Assembly: GCF_004010195.1 (NCBI RefSeq) | Contig: NC_057720.1 | Coordinates: 29,288,006 to 29,308,005, forward strand | DNA length: 20,000 nt | DNA from: Chiloscyllium plagiosum | Lineage: Eukaryota | Reading direction: 5' to 3' | In this document: one piece after another, positions 1 to 12,332 of the stretch | How positions within the stretch are numbered: the first letter of the stretch is position 1 | Layout: each line of letters begins with the position of its first letter | Made by a program: the position numbers and the translations under genes | Notes under the pieces: model-generated | What the model saw: the letters and a program-made list of their open reading frames with translations, nothing else | The model's database searches: none | Told to the model about the DNA's origin: nothing

Positions 1-195
1 CTTTTCACTGAATCTCAATACATGTGCCAACAATAAAATCAATATTTTAAGTACTTTTTAAAATCCTATTTAAATCACTGATGCCTGTTTTGTGGCTGCA
101 TTGACCAAATCTGGGCACTGACAATATCAGGTGTTTTTTTTTGTATTCAAAATTGTTAATTTAAAGTTTGATTTTATTCAAAATGAAAAACATAA

Positions 196-370
196 AAGCA
201 ATTGTGCAGATGAACAAAATCTGAAATAAAAACCGAATGCTGGAAATATTCAGGTCGGACAACAGGAACTGGTTCTGAGGAAAGGTTGTTAATCCTGGAA
301 CATTAATTTTTATTTCTGTCTCTTCACAGATCCTCCTTGCCCTGCTGAGTGCTTCCAGTATTCACTGCTT
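196..370. mobile_element. Old Penelope-derived fold-back repeat with degenerate hammerhead-like core
   Basis: Inverted arms 235-253 and 345-363 match 15/19, all mismatches transitions. Same GCTGGAAA..TCAG family as the 3077, 15635 and 16501 elements. CTGAGGA..AGG..CCT-GGAAC at 275-301. Confidence 0.55.
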
Positions 371-583
371 GAAATATTTATTTTTTCTTGGAGGATGTTA
401 TCCTCCAAGATGGCACAAGTTAGTTATCAACTAGTATAGCAGCAACAATGCAGATTGGGTGTGTCAGACTTTCACTGCAAACAGCTTAGGGAAATGTATT
501 CCTTACTATGCAATATTTAAGGTGTCTGATAGAATTCTTGTGTCTCTGATTTATGTAATTAACTTCTTGTTCTCCCTGTGAAG

Positions 584-639
584 GTATAGCGCATAGAGAT
601 CTGAAGCCAGAGAACATCCTTTGTGAATTTGCAGAACAG
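584..639 (+). CDS. MKNK1: MKNK1 internal exon, catalytic loop: (G)IAHRDLKPENILCEFAEQ
   Basis: Pyrimidine tract and AAG acceptor (581-583), CAG|GTAAAA donor. 56 nt, phase 1 to 0. HRDLKPEN kinase motif. Upstream exons lie outside the window. Confidence 0.95.
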
Positions 640-2137
640 GTAAAATGTCTGTTGTACCAGTTTACCTGTACAACTTGACATCATATTGAGTACGTTTGTT
701 AAAGGGTATGCTGATTACTTGTGTCACTGAGATGTTTTCCAAACTGAACTTGATGCTTCCCTCCTGTAAGGGAATGCTGCTCACTTTGCATTTCAATAAC
801 TGAAATTAGCTGTTGAGATGGTTAGCTCCTTTGGGTTAATAAAAAATGACTATTCATGTAGGTTTTTATGCCCTTTTTCAAAATTTCAAACTACTTTTCT
901 TTAGAAACTGTACAGTTAGTGTGCATGAGAATAGACAGCAAAAAGCTGAAAAAAGCATCAGTGAGATAGGAAATATGGAGTGATGGAGATAGATTCAAAG
1001 AAAAGGAATGCAGATTGATTCTGAACCATGAGTGCCTGAGTCACGTGGATGCCAGTTTGCTAATTCAGTTTTAGACTTCATTAAAATTCAATGGCTTATA
1101 ATTTCAAAATATGTACAAACTGCTCCAGGGACATTAGATTAAACAAAATGCCAGCATGTTGGCTGATGTTCCTTGCCAGGTTTACGTTGTTCCTTAAATA
1201 GATGTTAGATGCAGCCAGCGTGGATGCCTGTATAATACCTGTGGAACTTGTAAATCATGTTATGATTTTAAGCTATCTTGTGTGCAGTCCAGCACACATA
1301 CACATTATCATTTGACCAAAATTCTAATGATGTTAGTTTGGAGCTATGTACACTGAATAATTCCTAATTCCATCTTTTCTTCATTTATGAATGAAACTAC
1401 ATCTGATGTAGAACTCAGATGTCCACTGGATAAGCCCAATGAATTGCCAGTTATTATGAATTGCAGCATTTCAAAGCCGGATTTGATTGCGGTTTGGGTA
1501 GGAACTTGCAGGTACATATTCCTGCTTAGTCATTGGATTTGTACATTGTGGCTGTGATATTTTATATTTATTTCAAGTCAGCTTTTAGTGGTTTTTTAAA
1601 TACAATGTTAGATTACAACTTTGCTAGTTTTAGAGAGTGACTACTGGTGCATTAATAGATTTAACTTTCTCTGAAACATTGCTCCACTTCTCTGGTCTTA
1701 AAGGGCCAGTCCTTTTGTAAAATTTCAATTAGGTCCTATACCAGGGTACCAAATGTTTAATTATTTTGGAAGAGTGAATTAATCACTGGAGGTTTATTAC
1801 CTTGACCATAGTTATTTTGCCTACTGTGCAGAAGAAAGTTTTTTTTTTAAAATCCTTATCTTTTTGCCTTAACACAATGAACTGTAATAACCTCTTTGAG
1901 ACTGGAGCTTGCACTTAGCTAAAAATAGGAGCAAATTAAATAATAACTAAACAGTTACTGAAATAAATCTATTATTCTGGTGAATTAAGCATATAATTAA
2001 TCCTTAAAATAGTGCTGCTGCATTTCAGTTAAACGTGCAGTCAGTATCTTTAGTAGCAATGTATTTACAAGTGGATGAATGCACTTCCTCTTGCAGTTTT
2101 GGTCAGTCATTTGCCAGTGTTGGCAAGATTCCGTTGG

Positions 2138-3034
2138 CAAAATTGGAGGTGTAGTGGACAGCAAAGAAGGTTACCTCACATTACAACAGGATCTTGATCA
2201 GATGGGCCAATGGGCTGAGAAGTGGCAGATGGAGTATAATTCAGATAAATGTGAGGTGCTACATTTTGGGAAAGCAAATCTTAGCAGGGCTTATACACTT
2301 AATGGTAAGGTCCTAGGGAGTGTTGCTGAACAGAGAGAGCTTGCAGTGCAGGTTCATAGCTCCTTGAAAGTAGAGTCGCAGGTAGATAGGATAGTGAAGA
2401 AGGCATTTGGTATGCTTTCCTTTATCAGTCAGAGTATCGAGTACAGGAGGTGGGAGGTCATGTTGCAGTTGTACAGGACATTGGTTAGGCCACTATTGGA
2501 ATATTGTGTGCAATTCTGGTCTCCTTATCGGAAAGATGTTGTGAAACTTGAAACGGTTCAGAAAAGATTTACAAGGATGTTGCCAGGGTTGGAGGATTTG
2601 AACAATGAGGAGAGGTTGAATAGGCTAGGGCTGTTTTCCCTGGAGCATTGGAGGCTGAGGGGTGATCATCATATAGAGGTTTATAAAATCATGAAGGGCA
2701 TGGCTAGGATAAATAGACAAAGTCTTTTCCCTGGGGTGGGGGAGTCCAGAACTAGAGGTTTAGGGTAAGTGGGGAAAGATATAAAAGAGACTTAAGTGGC
2801 AACTTTTTCCACACATAAGGTGGTACGTATATGGAATGAGCTGCCAGATGAAGTGGTGGAGGCTAGTACAATTGCAACATTAAAAAGGCATCTGGGTGGG
2901 TATATGAATAGGAAGGATTTGGAGGGATATGGGCCGGATGCTGGCAGGTGGGATTAGATTGTGTTGGGATATCTGGTCGGCATGGGTGAGTTGGACCGAA
3001 GGGTCTGTTTCTGTGCTGTATATCTCTGACTGTA
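2138..3034 (+). mobile_element. 5'-truncated CR1-clade LINE (RT C-terminal region plus 3' UTR)
   Basis: ORF 2079-2768 carries CR1 ORF2 motifs (LQQDLD..WAEKWQM, KCEVLHFG, LYRTLVRPLLEYCVQFWSP, VQKRFTRMLPG, LFSLE). Typical 3' tail (GGACCGAAGGGTCTGTTTCTGTGCTGTA). Possible CAAGAT duplication at 2124-2129 and 3035-3040. Confidence 0.93.
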
Positions 3035-3076
3035 CAAGATGTGTACTTTTGTTTCACAAAGCATGGGGATTTGTTA

Positions 3077-3196
3077 CAAAAACCGAGATTGCTGGAAAAG
3101 CTCAGCAGGTCTGGTAGCATCTGTCGAGAGAAATCAGAGTTAGCATTTTGGATTGAGTGACTGTCAAGAACAGCACCTGCAGTTCTTTTGGTTTTT
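3077..3196 (-). mobile_element. 120-bp Penelope-derived mini-element with 14-bp target-site duplication
   Basis: ATGGGGATTTGTTA occurs at both 3063-3076 and 3197-3210. Ends AAAAACC/GGTTTTT are inverted. Body GCTGGAAAAGCTCAGCAGGTCTGGTAGCATC resembles 15639-15669. Confidence 0.8.
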
Positions 3197-3335
3197 ATGG
3201 GGATTTGTTAGTTCAGTTGGCGGATTACTAGAATGATGTGACTGGTGCAGGTTCAATCCTTGTAACAGCTGTAGCCCAGGGAGGCCTGAATCATTGCCTT
3301 GCTCCGTTGCATGATGTGGAGTGGTGCACTTCAAG
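3197..3335 (+). mobile_element. Degenerate tRNA-derived SINE head
   Basis: A-box-like TAGTTCAGTTGG at 3209-3220 and B-box GGTTCAATCC at 3250-3259; no cloverleaf evident. 3' boundary approximate. Confidence 0.55.
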
Positions 3336-3389
3336 GCATATACGTCTGGTTCCTTGTGCACTATGAATAATAATGTTAACTTCATAAAA

Positions 3390-4085
3390 TGAGAGGATAG
3401 CCATAAAGTGCAGGAGGACATCAACAGACAGTCACGTTGGCAGAACAGTGGCCACTGGAATGCCACCTGGGAATATATGCGGTAATGCACTTGGGAAGGG
3501 CTAACAAGCAAGAGGTTGCATTACAAATGGTAGGATCATGGAAAGAACTGCAGATCAGAGGAACCTTGGTGTGCGTATCCACAGATCATTGAAGGTTGCA
3601 GGGCTAGTAGAAAAAGTAGTTAAGGCATAATAGACACTTGCTTTTATTAAACAAGGCATTGAATGCAATAGCAGAATGCTATCTGGACTGGATGATCTGA
3701 GCTAAGAGGCAAGACTGGGTAGGTGGAGTTATTTCCTTTGGTGATATGAAGGTTAAGAGAGATCCTGATTATGAAGAGCACAGATTGAGTGGATAGGAAG
3801 GCATCTATTCCATTAGTACAGGATCAGTAACCAGAGAGCATACCATCAAAAGTAAGAGGTAGAAGAATTAAGAATTCTTTTCACCCAGAGGCTGTGGGGA
3901 GTCCTGAACTTACTGCCTGAAAGACTGGTTGAGTCAAAGTCTCGTTTTAGATGTTCACCCGCGTTGCTATAGCCTTCAGGACTGTGAGCCACGAGGTGAG
4001 AATGGGATTAGTGTAGTCATATATTTGTTGACCAGCTCAGACAGGATGGTCTGCATGTTCTCTTCCTGTGCTATAAATGTTTGCA
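3390..4085 (+). mobile_element. Old, degraded CR1 LINE 3' fragment
   Basis: Recognisable CR1 ORF2-like blocks (GTAATGCACTTGGGAAGGGCTAA, CTTGGTGTGCGTATCCACAGATCATTGAAGGT, TTCACCCAGAGG) with frameshifts and deletions. Boundaries approximate. Confidence 0.75.
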
Positions 4086-4228
4086 TTTATAAAATTGAAG
4101 TCACGTTCTGTTTTGAGACATTTTTGAAACTCTGCAAGTTGGGAGCAGTTTCTTTGAGACATAAGCTGTAGAAGAACAATTTGAAGTATTTGGGATCCCA
4201 ATCTAACAGACTGCCTTTCTGTTAGTAG

Positions 4229-4482
4229 AAATCTACATCCTTGTTACTTTTGCACATTGCTTCTTGATTTGAAAATGAAATTCTCAATGCTTGCTGGAAA
4301 CTGACAATTTAATCATAAATTCATGTCTGTCTTTCTGCTTGCACCTCCCTTCCCCCTTCTCTGCCTGCATCTTTCTTTCTGCCTGTGTCTCTCCCTCCAC
4401 CTGCCCCTCTCACTTTCTTCTGCCTGCCCCTCCCTCCCCCTTTCTCTCTCCTCCCTTTCCCTTCTCTCATTCCTTTCCCTAG
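4229..4482 (+). promoter_or_regulatory. Extended 3' splice-site region: 252-nt AG-free zone, ~160-nt polypyrimidine tract, candidate distant branch point
   Basis: No AG between 4229 and 4480 by manual scan. CTGAC at 4301-4305 and TTTAAT at 4308-4313 precede the C/T tract at about 4326-4480. Confidence 0.7.
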
Positions 4483-4632
<150 letters not shown>

Positions 4633-4892
4633 TGATGTTTTTGTTTACATTCAAACCAGGCTAGTTGATTCTGTCTGGGGCATTGAAATGGGATATGCCT
4701 CAGGGAAAGGCTGCTCCCCCTGATTTGTGTGAAGTTAAAGCAGATACAATATGCAGACATGTTCCTTCTATTTACAAAAGATAGGGTCCTGCTGATAAAT
4801 ATCGGTGGCTTCTAGTATGTGTGAGTGAGCCACACTGCAAGTCCACTTGCCAACCAGTATGTTCACTTATCTCGTGCAGTACAACTTGTTCT

Positions 4893-5238
4893 AGGAATCT
4901 GCACAGTGTGGAAATAGGCCATTTGGCCCAATATGTCCACACTGACCAACTGATGAGCATCCCAACCAGACTCATCCCCCTACTCTATCCCTGTAACCCT
5001 GCATGTCTATTGGCTAATGTACTTAACCTGCACATGGGTAATTTAGCATGACAAATCCACCTAGCTTGCACATCTTTAGACTGTGGGAGAAAACTGGAGC
5101 ACCTGGCAGAAGCCCTGGCAGACATGGGGAGAATGTGCAAATGCCAATGCCACCCACACAATTACCAGAGGGGGGGATCGAACCCAGGACCCTGGTGCTG
5201 TAAGGCAGTAGTGCTAACCACTGAGCCACTGTGCCACC
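4893..5238 (-). mobile_element. HE1-like V-SINE (tRNA head, V domain, CR1-derived tail)
   Basis: Minus strand starts GGCACAGTGGCTCAGTGGTTAGCACT (A box) then GGTTCGATCC (B box), a V-domain-like TGCACATTCTCCCC...CTCCCACAGTCTAAAGATGTGCA, and a CR1-like tail GGGCCAAATGGCCTATTTCCACACTGT. Confidence 0.88.
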
Positions 5239-6198
5239 TCAAAATGATCCTTTATGAAGTTTAGTTTGTTTGTGATTCTGTTCTGATGGGTGCAAGATGA
5301 AAAGATTTGACAGCATGTCTTTTCAGCATTACTGATGTTCTGCACTAGTATTTGGTATTGAAGAATAAACCAGACATGAACTTTTGGCAAGCAACTGTCA
5401 AATGTAGAAATCAGGAAGCTGTTTAAATCCTGTTGCTCCAGAAGTTTTTATAATGGTGAGACTCCGAGAGACTTAAGACTGTTCCATTTGTTAATGTTAA
5501 GCTAGGTAATTTCCTATCATACACACCAGAAAAAGTTAGTACTTGTCCATTCAAGTGTTGATGTGTGGAGTCTCAATTATTGCCAAGCAACCTCTCTATT
5601 AAAAATTAATCTTTACAGTGAAGTCTCTCATTCCTTTAGATCTTAATTGTTGTTGGAGAAACTTTCCTTTCCGGCTGTTATCTCTCTTAATCCCTTCATT
5701 CTTCTTATTTTACCTTCTATGCATGATTGACATTGAATTAACTAATTCAAACTTCTCCTTCCTGATTTTCAGACTCCTGTCACAGTAAAGGTTCCTGTAG
5801 TTAAGGAGTCGTGTTGTTCCATGTGGAAGAGTCATGCAGGTTTTTGCCTCTGACCTAAGAATTTGGGGCATTATCTTTTCTTAGCTGGTTTACTGTTAAG
5901 GGTTTTCAATGGAAGAACCTGCTACTGCACTGCAACAGTACAAAATTGCTTGTAAATTTCATGCTGGCAGGTCTGCCTTTATGCAGTCCAACTTTAGGTG
6001 AGATGCTAAACGTGGAATGGTGTCAGAGAGTAAAAACTATCCGAATGGCCTGTGGCGATCATTCTTGCATGATTATCCATCTCCAAAATATAACTCAGCC
6101 TAGATTAATGTGATGCTCGAACTTAGTCTTATTTTGACAGCTGGATGAGAAATTAATGCTCAACTGTCTCAGGTTTTAATTTCTAATAACTGCATTAA

Positions 6199-6450
<252 letters not shown>

Positions 6451-8322
6451 TAATGCTTTATTTATGGGGGATAAAAAGTGTTAAAGGCGATGTGCTAACT
6501 ACAGAAATATGTTGCTGTATTAGGTATGAATATTCTCACACATGTTTTATGTTACAGATGTCACAGTATCTGGTAAATAGTTTCTCAAGCATCCTAATCA
6601 GATTAATACAACACATTGTTGCAGTTCTTTATTTACCTGGAAACTGGCATTACTGCCAATGTCCAAAGCTGTTCTCATTTGTTAATGTGGTAAATTATCA
6701 CTTCAGACTCCTCTTTAGCTACTTGTGCTTCAATTCTGTGTACTCTTGGGGCTTATTGCCTGTTGTACAACCTTCAGAGTTTCTGTTCTCTCTAAATTCT
6801 TCTTTTTGGGGTGGGGTGAGGGGGGTGCTGTAGTGTCTCTTCATGATACATTTTTTGACTAATACCTTTGGAAAGGTCGCAATAATCTCCTTGACATTCC
6901 ATAATTTCTCTCTATTTTCTTCAGTAGTTTTAGTCCAATTATTTTTCCACAGAGTTCAAGTATAATTGCAACATATTTTTTACTGAGAGTTCATGAGATT
7001 GCTTTTTCTGTTTTCACTGACTTGATCACTCGTTTTATTATTACTATACTTCAATTTGTTCATGTTTTCTGCCTTTACTGAAGTGTTCTTTCCTGTATTT
7101 CCGAGGTGATTTGTTTTTTAAAAGAACGCTTTTATTCAAACGAAGAAACAAAACAATTCTAATACAAGAATTAGCAAATCGATTAAACAATTCTCGTTGA
7201 GAAAAACATTCTAACAATAAAAGTAAAAATTTGAAAACAAACTGAGACGAACACCCGTGGGGGACAGATGGTTCTGTTGGATGTGAAGTATTTTTCTGGA
7301 GTAAAGTGACTGAGTTAATTTGTAAAGCGTTTATTTAGATTTAATTAGGATGTTAGAACTAGATAAACAGATTTTCTGTTTGTCATGAAGTTGAGAAATG
7401 GTTTTTTTTATTCAAAATGGGTCTTTGTAACAAAATATCAAATTTATCGTATTTATGAAATTTTAAAAGTTCTGACAATGGTACTATTTCTTGAATGACT
7501 TTTTGCTCATTATTCAACTGACAAATGTTTTTTCATATTAAGATTTTGAGTTGGCATAAAGTAGGATAAATCAATACAGAAATAGTGGTACACCCTAATA
7601 GAATAGTAAGTAAAATTTATTGTGCAGTAAGGTTTAAACTAACTTTAAAACTTTAATGTAACTTCTGATAAGAGAGATCCATTCCACGGTAAAGCTTACC
7701 ACAGGTTAAAACATTGATAAAATGGTTTCACAAACCATAACGAAAAGTTACCATTGTACAACATTTTATGAAAGAGGTTTAAAATAGCCCTAAGTTGCAG
7801 TCAACTGACTTTTTGACAAATGTAACGTTAAACTGAATTATTGTTAATATCCCAGTCTTGAAATATAGTTAGATGAATCATGAAAACTGATCATCATGAG
7901 TACTTTCCACTTGAACCAACATTGCCTTTCTTCAAAAAGGAAGGGGGATTGAACTGGCCTGGAAATTAGAAATTATGCAATTTTAATGGGAAACTAAAGG
8001 TGAACGGGGAATTGGGGTATAACTGCTGTATGTAAGAAATTCAGTTCTGTAACTTGAAAAGCAGAAGTAAACAGCCCTTCAGCATCTTTCAAAGTAAAAG
8101 TTATGGCTGTTAGAGCGAGGTAATGATTTTCCTCCCCCTAACTTGCATCAGAGGTATCTTGCTAACTCACCAGGCTTCTGCTAACTCTGGGTTTTGAGGT
8201 AAATGTTCCTTTAAGTTATGGATGTCCTACTTAAATATTGAACTGCAACAATTTTTGAATTTAAGTATTGGATTCAATTATAAATTTTAAAAAGTTTTCT
8301 ATTTTTCCCAATGCTGTTACAC

Positions 8323-8528
8323 TTTATGCAGAGAGTAGTGGGTGCTGGGATGCACTGCCAGCAGTGGTGGTAGAGTCAGAGACATTAGGGACATTTAAGC
8401 GACTGCTGGACAAACACCTGGATGGCAGTGAATTGAGGGGTATGTAGGCTAGATTGATCTTAGATTGAGATAAATGCTCGGCACAATATCGTGGGCCGAA
8501 GGGCCTGTACTGTGCTGCACTGTTCTAT
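8323..8528 (+). mobile_element. CR1 LINE 3' end fragment
   Basis: CAGAGAGTAGTG..GCACTGCCAG..ACATTTAAG and tail GGGCCGAAGGGCCTGTACTGTGCTG..TTCTAT, similar to 18696-18986. Confidence 0.88.
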
Positions 8529-9116
8529 TAATGTTGCATTTGACTGCTTCACCAGCTGTGAATTCCATGCTTTCTTTATTAAAGTTCTTTATCATTTAGA
8601 TTTTATATCGTCTTACATAGACAATACACACTGTTCCACTCTGTACTGCTAAGTCATGAACCCCATCTTAGTACTCTCTTTGTTGTAGAAATCATTTAAA
8701 AATCATTGACAATATTTTAATCTGGCTGAAATGTATTAAATGTATTGAAAGAAAAGCTTTCTAGAGGAGGATGGTGATATTCTCAGCTTGTTCCTTTCCT
8801 TTGAGAGTTAGACCAGGTCTTCAAACATTTTCAGTGCCGTTAGGGTTTGACTTCCTTCACCTTAACATCAGAAAAAGTCACCTGATTTGAAATGGTGCCA
8901 CAAATTGGCAAGGATTCTAATGCACCTCAAAAGCATTGTTAAACTGAGCCATTCTTTTGGCTAAAAGTACTAAGCAGTTTTCATTCATGTACCATTGTGA
9001 CTTGTAACCTTTCTCGAACATTCATATTGATTGGTAGTTGCTTTGTAACGTAGCGTTTGATCTAAAAAGCAAATACTTATTATATCAATGTTCTAATCTT
9101 CCTTTTAAAAATATTT

Positions 9117-9527
9117 TTATTCTATTCAGTCACAAGGTGTAAATGTCACTGACCAGGCCAGCATTTCTTACCCATCCCTAATTGCCCTTGAAGAAGGTGC
9201 TGAGCCATCTTATCAAACTGCAAGAGTTCGTCACAAGTTTTTGATGCAAGTGACTGGCTTACTAGATCACTTTAGAGGAGAGTTAAGAGTCAACCGCATT
9301 GCAATGGGTCTGGACCTAGCTAACCAGATACGAACAGCAAATTTCCTTCCCTAAAATGGTATTAGTGAACCAGTTGAGCTTTAATGACAACTTGGTAGTT
9401 CCATGGTCGTCATCACTGATGTTAGCTGCTAATTCCAGGTTGTTTCCCAACTGGCTAGTTTGGGATTTGAACTCTAGTCTCCAGGAAGATTTCTAGTCCA
9501 CTAACATAACCACCAAACTACTATACC
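9117..9527 (-). mobile_element. SacSINE1/Deu-SINE-like element
   Basis: Plus-strand blocks GGCCAGCATTT..CCCATCCCTAATTGCCCTTGA, GTTAAGAGTCAACC.CATTGC and TTTCCTTCCCTAAA; tRNA-like head on the minus strand with GAGTTCAAATCC near 9463-9474. Confidence 0.78.
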
Positions 9528-9823
9528 TGGATTATGGTTTCCATTAGAACTCTTTTTGCTTGTGCCTAAATTGTGAGGGTTGACATCCTAGTTTCAGTGC
9601 AGACTATTGAAACTAAACGATATCATCTGGTTAAACAAGAGGCTGATAGTTCCCCTTACTACCTGGAGTTCTTGGTACACCAGCTCAGATCAGGGAATAA
9701 CAGAAACTGGATTCAATCTGTCAGTGGCTGAGCTATTCATTCAGTGTCTTTACAGGTTAAACCACTGGAAGAGTTTTGGTATTAGTGATAGTATATTCTG
9801 TTAAAGGCACAACAATCGATTAG

Positions 9824-10132
<309 letters not shown>

Positions 10133-10903
10133 TGATTTTTGGTACAGTGAAGCTGAGAAACTATTTAAAGAGTAATAAATAGTCAAGACCAAGCTCAACA
10201 TTTTCTACTTTCTCCATATGCGAGTGATATGTGCTACAGCCATAAACCCAATCCAACCATTATTCAGTAACTGGTAAAAAAAAAAATCATTTCACTTGAG
10301 AAATCCCATACTTTGAATCTTCATGAGTTCATGTTTGTTGAAAGAATTGAAATTAGCTATCAAAAATGATACAGAGCAAGATATGCTCACTACTTTTATT
10401 GTTAAACATCTTGTTTTGGTATGGATTATTACTTGAGATCACAAATAAACTAACTAACTATTTAATAACAAAAACATTTGTTAGTTTCTGGAAACATTAA
10501 TCTATTTACTGCATAACACCAATTGAGTCACCCTGACAACTGATCAGTTGGTTAATGCCCTCTGAAGCGTGATTAGATTGATTCAGCAATTAGAATTCGA
10601 TGCTCTTATAATTTAGTTTCTAACATACTTTGAGAAGACCATCTTATAAGAAGACGCATTAAGTGTGTCTACTTTATTAGTCAGTATTAAAGTACACAGC
10701 AAACAATACTAGGTACTGTAGTGTAAAAGTTGCCCCCAGTGAACTATTCCTATGGTTTTGCATTCATTCACAAGTGCTACTTTATCTGTGCAGTAATTTG
10801 ATATCATGTTCCCTTTATAAAGTAACCTTCATTGATTTTAACAAAAGAACAGTCTCGGAAAATGCTTTTGCAATGAAAATAATAATAATTCTCTTCTTTG
10901 TAG

Positions 10904-10947
10904 AATGCGCCAGAAAAACGTCTGCCGACACCACAACTACTACAAAG
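10904..10947 (+). CDS. MKNK1: MKNK1 44-nt exon NAPEKRLPTPQLLQ(R), with non-canonical GC donor
   Basis: TAG acceptor 10901-10903. Matches human QAPEKGLPTPQVLQR. Donor AAG|GCAAGG, phase 2, joins the A at 12086 to make AGA (Arg). Confidence 0.92.
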
Positions 10948-12085
10948 GCAAGGAGCTTTCTAACCTTTCCTATTAAGTGCGATGCTCTGATCAACTTCAT
11001 GAATCTTTGTACTCCCTCCACTTCTTGATTATATCCTGGAAATTAGAACAAGATATGATACCAGACGCAGTTTTGTTGTGGCATTCTCTGACTTCTACCG
11101 TGTGGTTATACAGTTGCACGTTCTTTTGGCTTTTTTGACTTTTAACATAATCTTGATCAATTTTGTTGTCATTTTTAAGAGTGACATATATTGCTGCTTA
11201 ATATATACTTTAAGATATTATGCAGCCAATTACCAATGTTCTTATCCAGCTTATAGATTCAATAGTCATATTTATTCTTTTGCAATTTTTGCACTTACAT
11301 ATTTTGTCCACTCATTTTGTAATTTTAGCCACCTCATCAAATTTTACTGCTCCTCCTGCTTTGACATAACCTGCAAATATGGCCAGTTTGTAGTCTGTTT
11401 CTGAATGCCAGGTCACTTCCTTAGAATTACTGATGTTGCTCATACCTGGCTGTCAGCCTGTCAATGTGGGCATTATGCTTGACTGTTTCCAGTTGCTGTG
11501 TAGTGTTCAGTGATTCTCTTTGCAGTGATCATCAGTGCTGAAAAACTCCTTCCAAGCCCCCCTCAGTCTCCTGGGAAAGTAACTATGTGTTATTGAGGAT
11601 CTATTTATTTTAAAACACTTTTAGTCTGTTTAAGACTTCAAATCTGTCTCATTTATATCAATCTCATTAATTCTGCTTGGTTTATCTCTGCTTAGAGAAA
11701 GCATATTCTTCATTACTTCCTCCAAGTATTGACAAGGGAAGACATCATTCAGATTTGGAATGATTTTATGCATGTTCTGATTCAAGCCTGTTTGTATCTT
11801 TTATCATTCTGTAAAAGGAAGTCCTTTAACAGTTGAATCTGTACAAACATAGAGATTTCTTTGTGTTTTCTGGTTGACCTAGTTAGTCTGTAATGGTTGA
11901 CATCAAATTGCATGGTTAAGTTAATATTGGAATTTAATAATTGCAGGCTACTGTCTTAGCTTGTTACATTACACTGTAATATCCTTAATGATTATGCTGG
12001 TTCGTGTGTATTTTAAGATATTATGTAGTGAATTATCAATATTATTTCCCAGCTTATAGATACAATTGTCATATTTGTTCTCCAG

Positions 12086-12332
12086 AAACAGTAGCACAAA
12101 GGACCTGACTGATTTTGCTGCAGAAGCCATTGCCTTCAACAGACAGCTTTCACAGCAAGATGAGGAGATGCAAGGGGAACAGGAAGCGATCATCAAGACT
12201 GTTTGTTCTATGCGACTTTCCCCTCCTTCCAATTCCAAACTTGCCAAACGCAGGGCCAAGACACAGGCTGAGAAAACCTCACAATGGCAGTTACTCGCCT
12301 CAACAATGAGTGTCTGTGATGGGACTTCTTGA
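12086..12332 (+). CDS. MKNK1: MKNK1 last coding exon: [27 protein letters not shown]...[22 protein letters not shown]...CDGTS*
   Basis: CAG acceptor 12083-12085, TGA stop 12330-12332. NSST-DLT-FAAEAIA and CSMRLSPP are MNK1-like; LAKRR corresponds to the MAPK-docking motif (LARRR in human MNK1a). The six exons total 803 nt, which with 1 upstream nt gives 268 codons in frame. Confidence 0.95.

Noticed and set aside
2079..2768. 229-aa ORF as a host gene
   Set aside because: It is a truncated CR1 ORF2 fragment; the first ~20 codons are flanking intron and the RT catalytic core is absent.
5160..5238. tRNA gene on the minus strand
   Set aside because: A and B boxes continue directly into SINE body and CR1-like tail, so this is a SINE head.
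7686..7810. Short hairpins GGTAA-AGC-TTACC and AGTCA-AC-TGACT
   Set aside because: 5-bp stems are expected by chance in 20 kb.
12089..12094. Alternative in-frame acceptors CAG/TAG just inside the last exon
   Set aside because: The CAG at 12083-12085 follows the pyrimidine tract and gives the conserved RNSS; nothing supports use of the downstream AGs.
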